Position numbers and translations under genes: made by a program. Positions 62,009 to 64,000 of a DNA stretch of 64,000 nucleotides are shown here, one piece after another. Position 1 is the stretch's first letter; every line of letters begins with the position of its first letter. The stretch lies in NCBI GenBank assembly GCA_030704615.1, contig CM060733.1:1240001-1304000 (forward strand). Reading direction: 5' to 3'. A model generated the notes under the pieces. It was given only the letters and a program-made list of their open reading frames with translations. It was not told the DNA's origin and did not search any database. The DNA is from Takakia lepidozioides (lineage: Eukaryota > Plantae > Bryophyta).

Positions 62009-62651
62009 AATTCATACTATATCATAAATGCTACATATATATATATTGAAATACTAGTGTGCGTTACGTACTATGGAACTGGTCCGGTAGGGCCGTTCCA
62101 CCTTGTGGCGAGCCCATAGGGACGAGCCCGTGTTCCGGTAGGGTGGAACGGGCTCCACCGGACCCGTTCCAGAGCGTAACCGCCGCGAGCAGGGTCAACC
62201 GGTGGCTATTATCTAATACTTTTTAAGATTTTTTCCTAAAAGTTATCAACTGGTCCTTTGTCGTAAGGGGTCACCCAGAAGCTACTAATATAGACTGTCA
62301 GATCGTCGCATATATGTGTCATATCGACGGCCCATATCCAGTATATCGTAGCCATTTGTATTGTTGATCGACGGTGGGGAGACACCGGTTACGCTCTACA
62401 ACGGGTCTGGTGGAGCCCGTTCCACCTACTAGAACGCAGGCTCGTCCCTACGGGCTCGCCACATTCCTAGGTGGAACGGGCTCTACCAGACACATTCTAG
62501 AGAGAAGACTCCGGCCAAAGCCGGCGTAACTAAGAGTCACTTCGCCTCAAGGCTACTACCCCGTTTCAGGGGTGGGCCCTATCAAGGACCCGTTCCAAGG
62601 CACACTAGTATTTCAATATATATATATAACATTTATGATATAGTATGAATT
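62009..62651. mobile_element. Foldback / long inverted-repeat element containing a family B 3'-end insertion (62498-62582, minus)
   Basis: Arms ~62009-62183 and ~62386-62651 are reverse complements (AATTCATACTATATCATAAATG...ATTGAAATACTAGTGTGC versus GCACACTAGTATTTCAAT...CATTTATGATATAGTATGAATT), with internal GGTGGAACGGG/CCCGTTCCACC repeats. Confidence 0.75.
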
Positions 62652-63003
62652 ATTGTGAACCGTTTCTCCTATCAGGGCATGGCAAATGGTTCAGCATGGG
62701 ATGGGCGACCATGATGCATAGATACATGAGTGCATGCATGGGTGATGAGGAACAGTGTCGAGCTCGTGGAGCAGCTGCAGGGGACGTGCGCTGTCAGGAA
62801 TATTCAGTGATATTCTTGACATTTGTGATCCTCAGCAGCCCTTAGGACTTCCGGAATATGTAACGAGGGTTTCGCGAGGGTGGAGATGGCGGGAGGGGTA
62901 TATGTATATGTTGGGTTGCTCTACACTCTCTGCTTGGGGATGCAACACATCTCAGGTAGGTTGTAGGATTTGCGAGAGGCAGAGGTCTAAAGTCTGAATC
63001 AGC

Positions 63004-63547
63004 TTAAAGTAGAGCTCTTATGTGAATGGGCATGTGATAGGGGGTGTGGTGGAGCTTCGTTCCGGGTTGTTCTGACTTTGGCCGTTCCACATTTGCATAA
63101 CCTAAAAGTGCAATCAGAGTATCCCCTCTTTTCACCATTTTTGGATTGTTGGAGCTGGTAGCAGAGATATGATTCTCAAGCGTTACATTATCACACATAT
63201 CTCTTTCTGACAAGAGCGACGAAGATGGACACATGCTCAATTCGTCGCACTCCGAGTCCGTAGTAATGCTTCGCTACATCGTGAACGTTGTTGACGATTG
63301 CGTATGGTGGTTGAGTCCAATCACATTCACTTTCAGCAACGTCAAATGCAGAATTGTCATCCTCTCCGCCCATATTCGTAATGAAGGTTTGGAAGCATAA
63401 TCTCTGGCTCTTCTGATCGCTATCCATTTTAGGTCCGCGAGAGCATGCTAGTAAAAACACATCAACGTTGTTGTTGGGACGAGTACCTCCGGCTGTGGAA
63501 TTTGTCTCTATTCTCATACTCTTCATGTTCATTCTGAGCATTTCCAT
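63004..63547 (-). pseudogene. Degenerate DNA N6-adenine methyltransferase-like ORF (DIRS MT / phage Dam-like)
   Basis: Motif order VDVF...QK...F...DNSAF...WTQPPYAIVNNV...SIFVA resembles the DLFAS..N.K..F...DAF...W.NPPF..I..VL pattern. Split across two frames. Recall-based only. Confidence 0.35.
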
Positions 63548-63856
63548 TTCATCTGGGAAGCTGCTTCAGCTTTTTGCAGTTTAGGGTTCAGTCATGGGAT
63601 TTAAGACTACCAGAGGAGGCATACAGAACTACGATCGTCTGTAGCGTAAGTGCTTGATGTCTGAAATACTTTCTCAAGAAGCAGACGACACTCAAACAAA
63701 TATTGGCAATGGTGGTTCATAAATGGAAATGGTGAATGTGTTACCGGAAGAGAGAAGTGTGAAAGTAGCATAGAGACAAGAGGGTTATGGTTTGCAGGTG
63801 TTGAAAGGTATAGTGCGAAAGGCAAAGGATAAGCTTACAACTGGCTACGATTAGCA

Positions 63857-64000
63857 ATGGCGTCAGTATGGAAGAACCTGGGGACTCCAGAGACAACAGG
63901 GGCTACTTCAGTGGTCCCCACAGCGGAGATTGTTGATGATGACTCCTGTGATATCTGCTGCGGGGAGGATGGGGCCTGTGATGTCTACTTCAAACCCTGT
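63857..64000 (+). CDS. Start of an ORF with a RING-HC-like motif, running off the window
   Basis: MASVWKNLGTPETTGATSVVPTAEIVDDDSCDICCGEDGACDVYFKPC: CxxC...PC spacing matches the first half of a C3HC4 RING finger. Open to the window end. Confidence 0.4.
   Translation, partial: MASVWKNLGTPETTGATSVVPTAEIVDDDSCDICCGEDGACDVYFKPC

Overview
Eukaryotic nuclear DNA from a land plant, most likely a seed-free one (bryophyte, lycophyte or fern-like, inferred from the PLS-DYW PPR style and the transposon content). It holds four recognisable genes. (1) A multi-exon importin-9 gene (minus strand, 802-18828) with an AT-AC minor (U12) intron. (2) Head-to-head with it, a PLS-class PPR-DYW editing-factor gene. 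Its upstream spliced exons, missed by the ORF track, encode OSB-type PDF motifs that join the PPR-DYW exon in frame; this is the best candidate for an undescribed system. (3) An NF-YB gene with a 6-nt microexon. (4) An intronless group-IX ERF (ERF1-like). The rest is transposon debris: an L1/Tx1-type LINE with its 3' part inverted, Ty3/gypsy fragments including a 178-bp tandem array derived from the integrase GPY/F domain, an RLE-type (Dualen/RandI-like) LINE fragment, three families of very short structured LINE 3'-end insertions, tRNA-derived SINEs, a hAT-like MITE and a foldback element. At the right edge, a degenerate adenine-methyltransferase-like ORF diverges from a truncated RING-like ORF. 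All assignments come from manual reading and motif recall; no searches were run.
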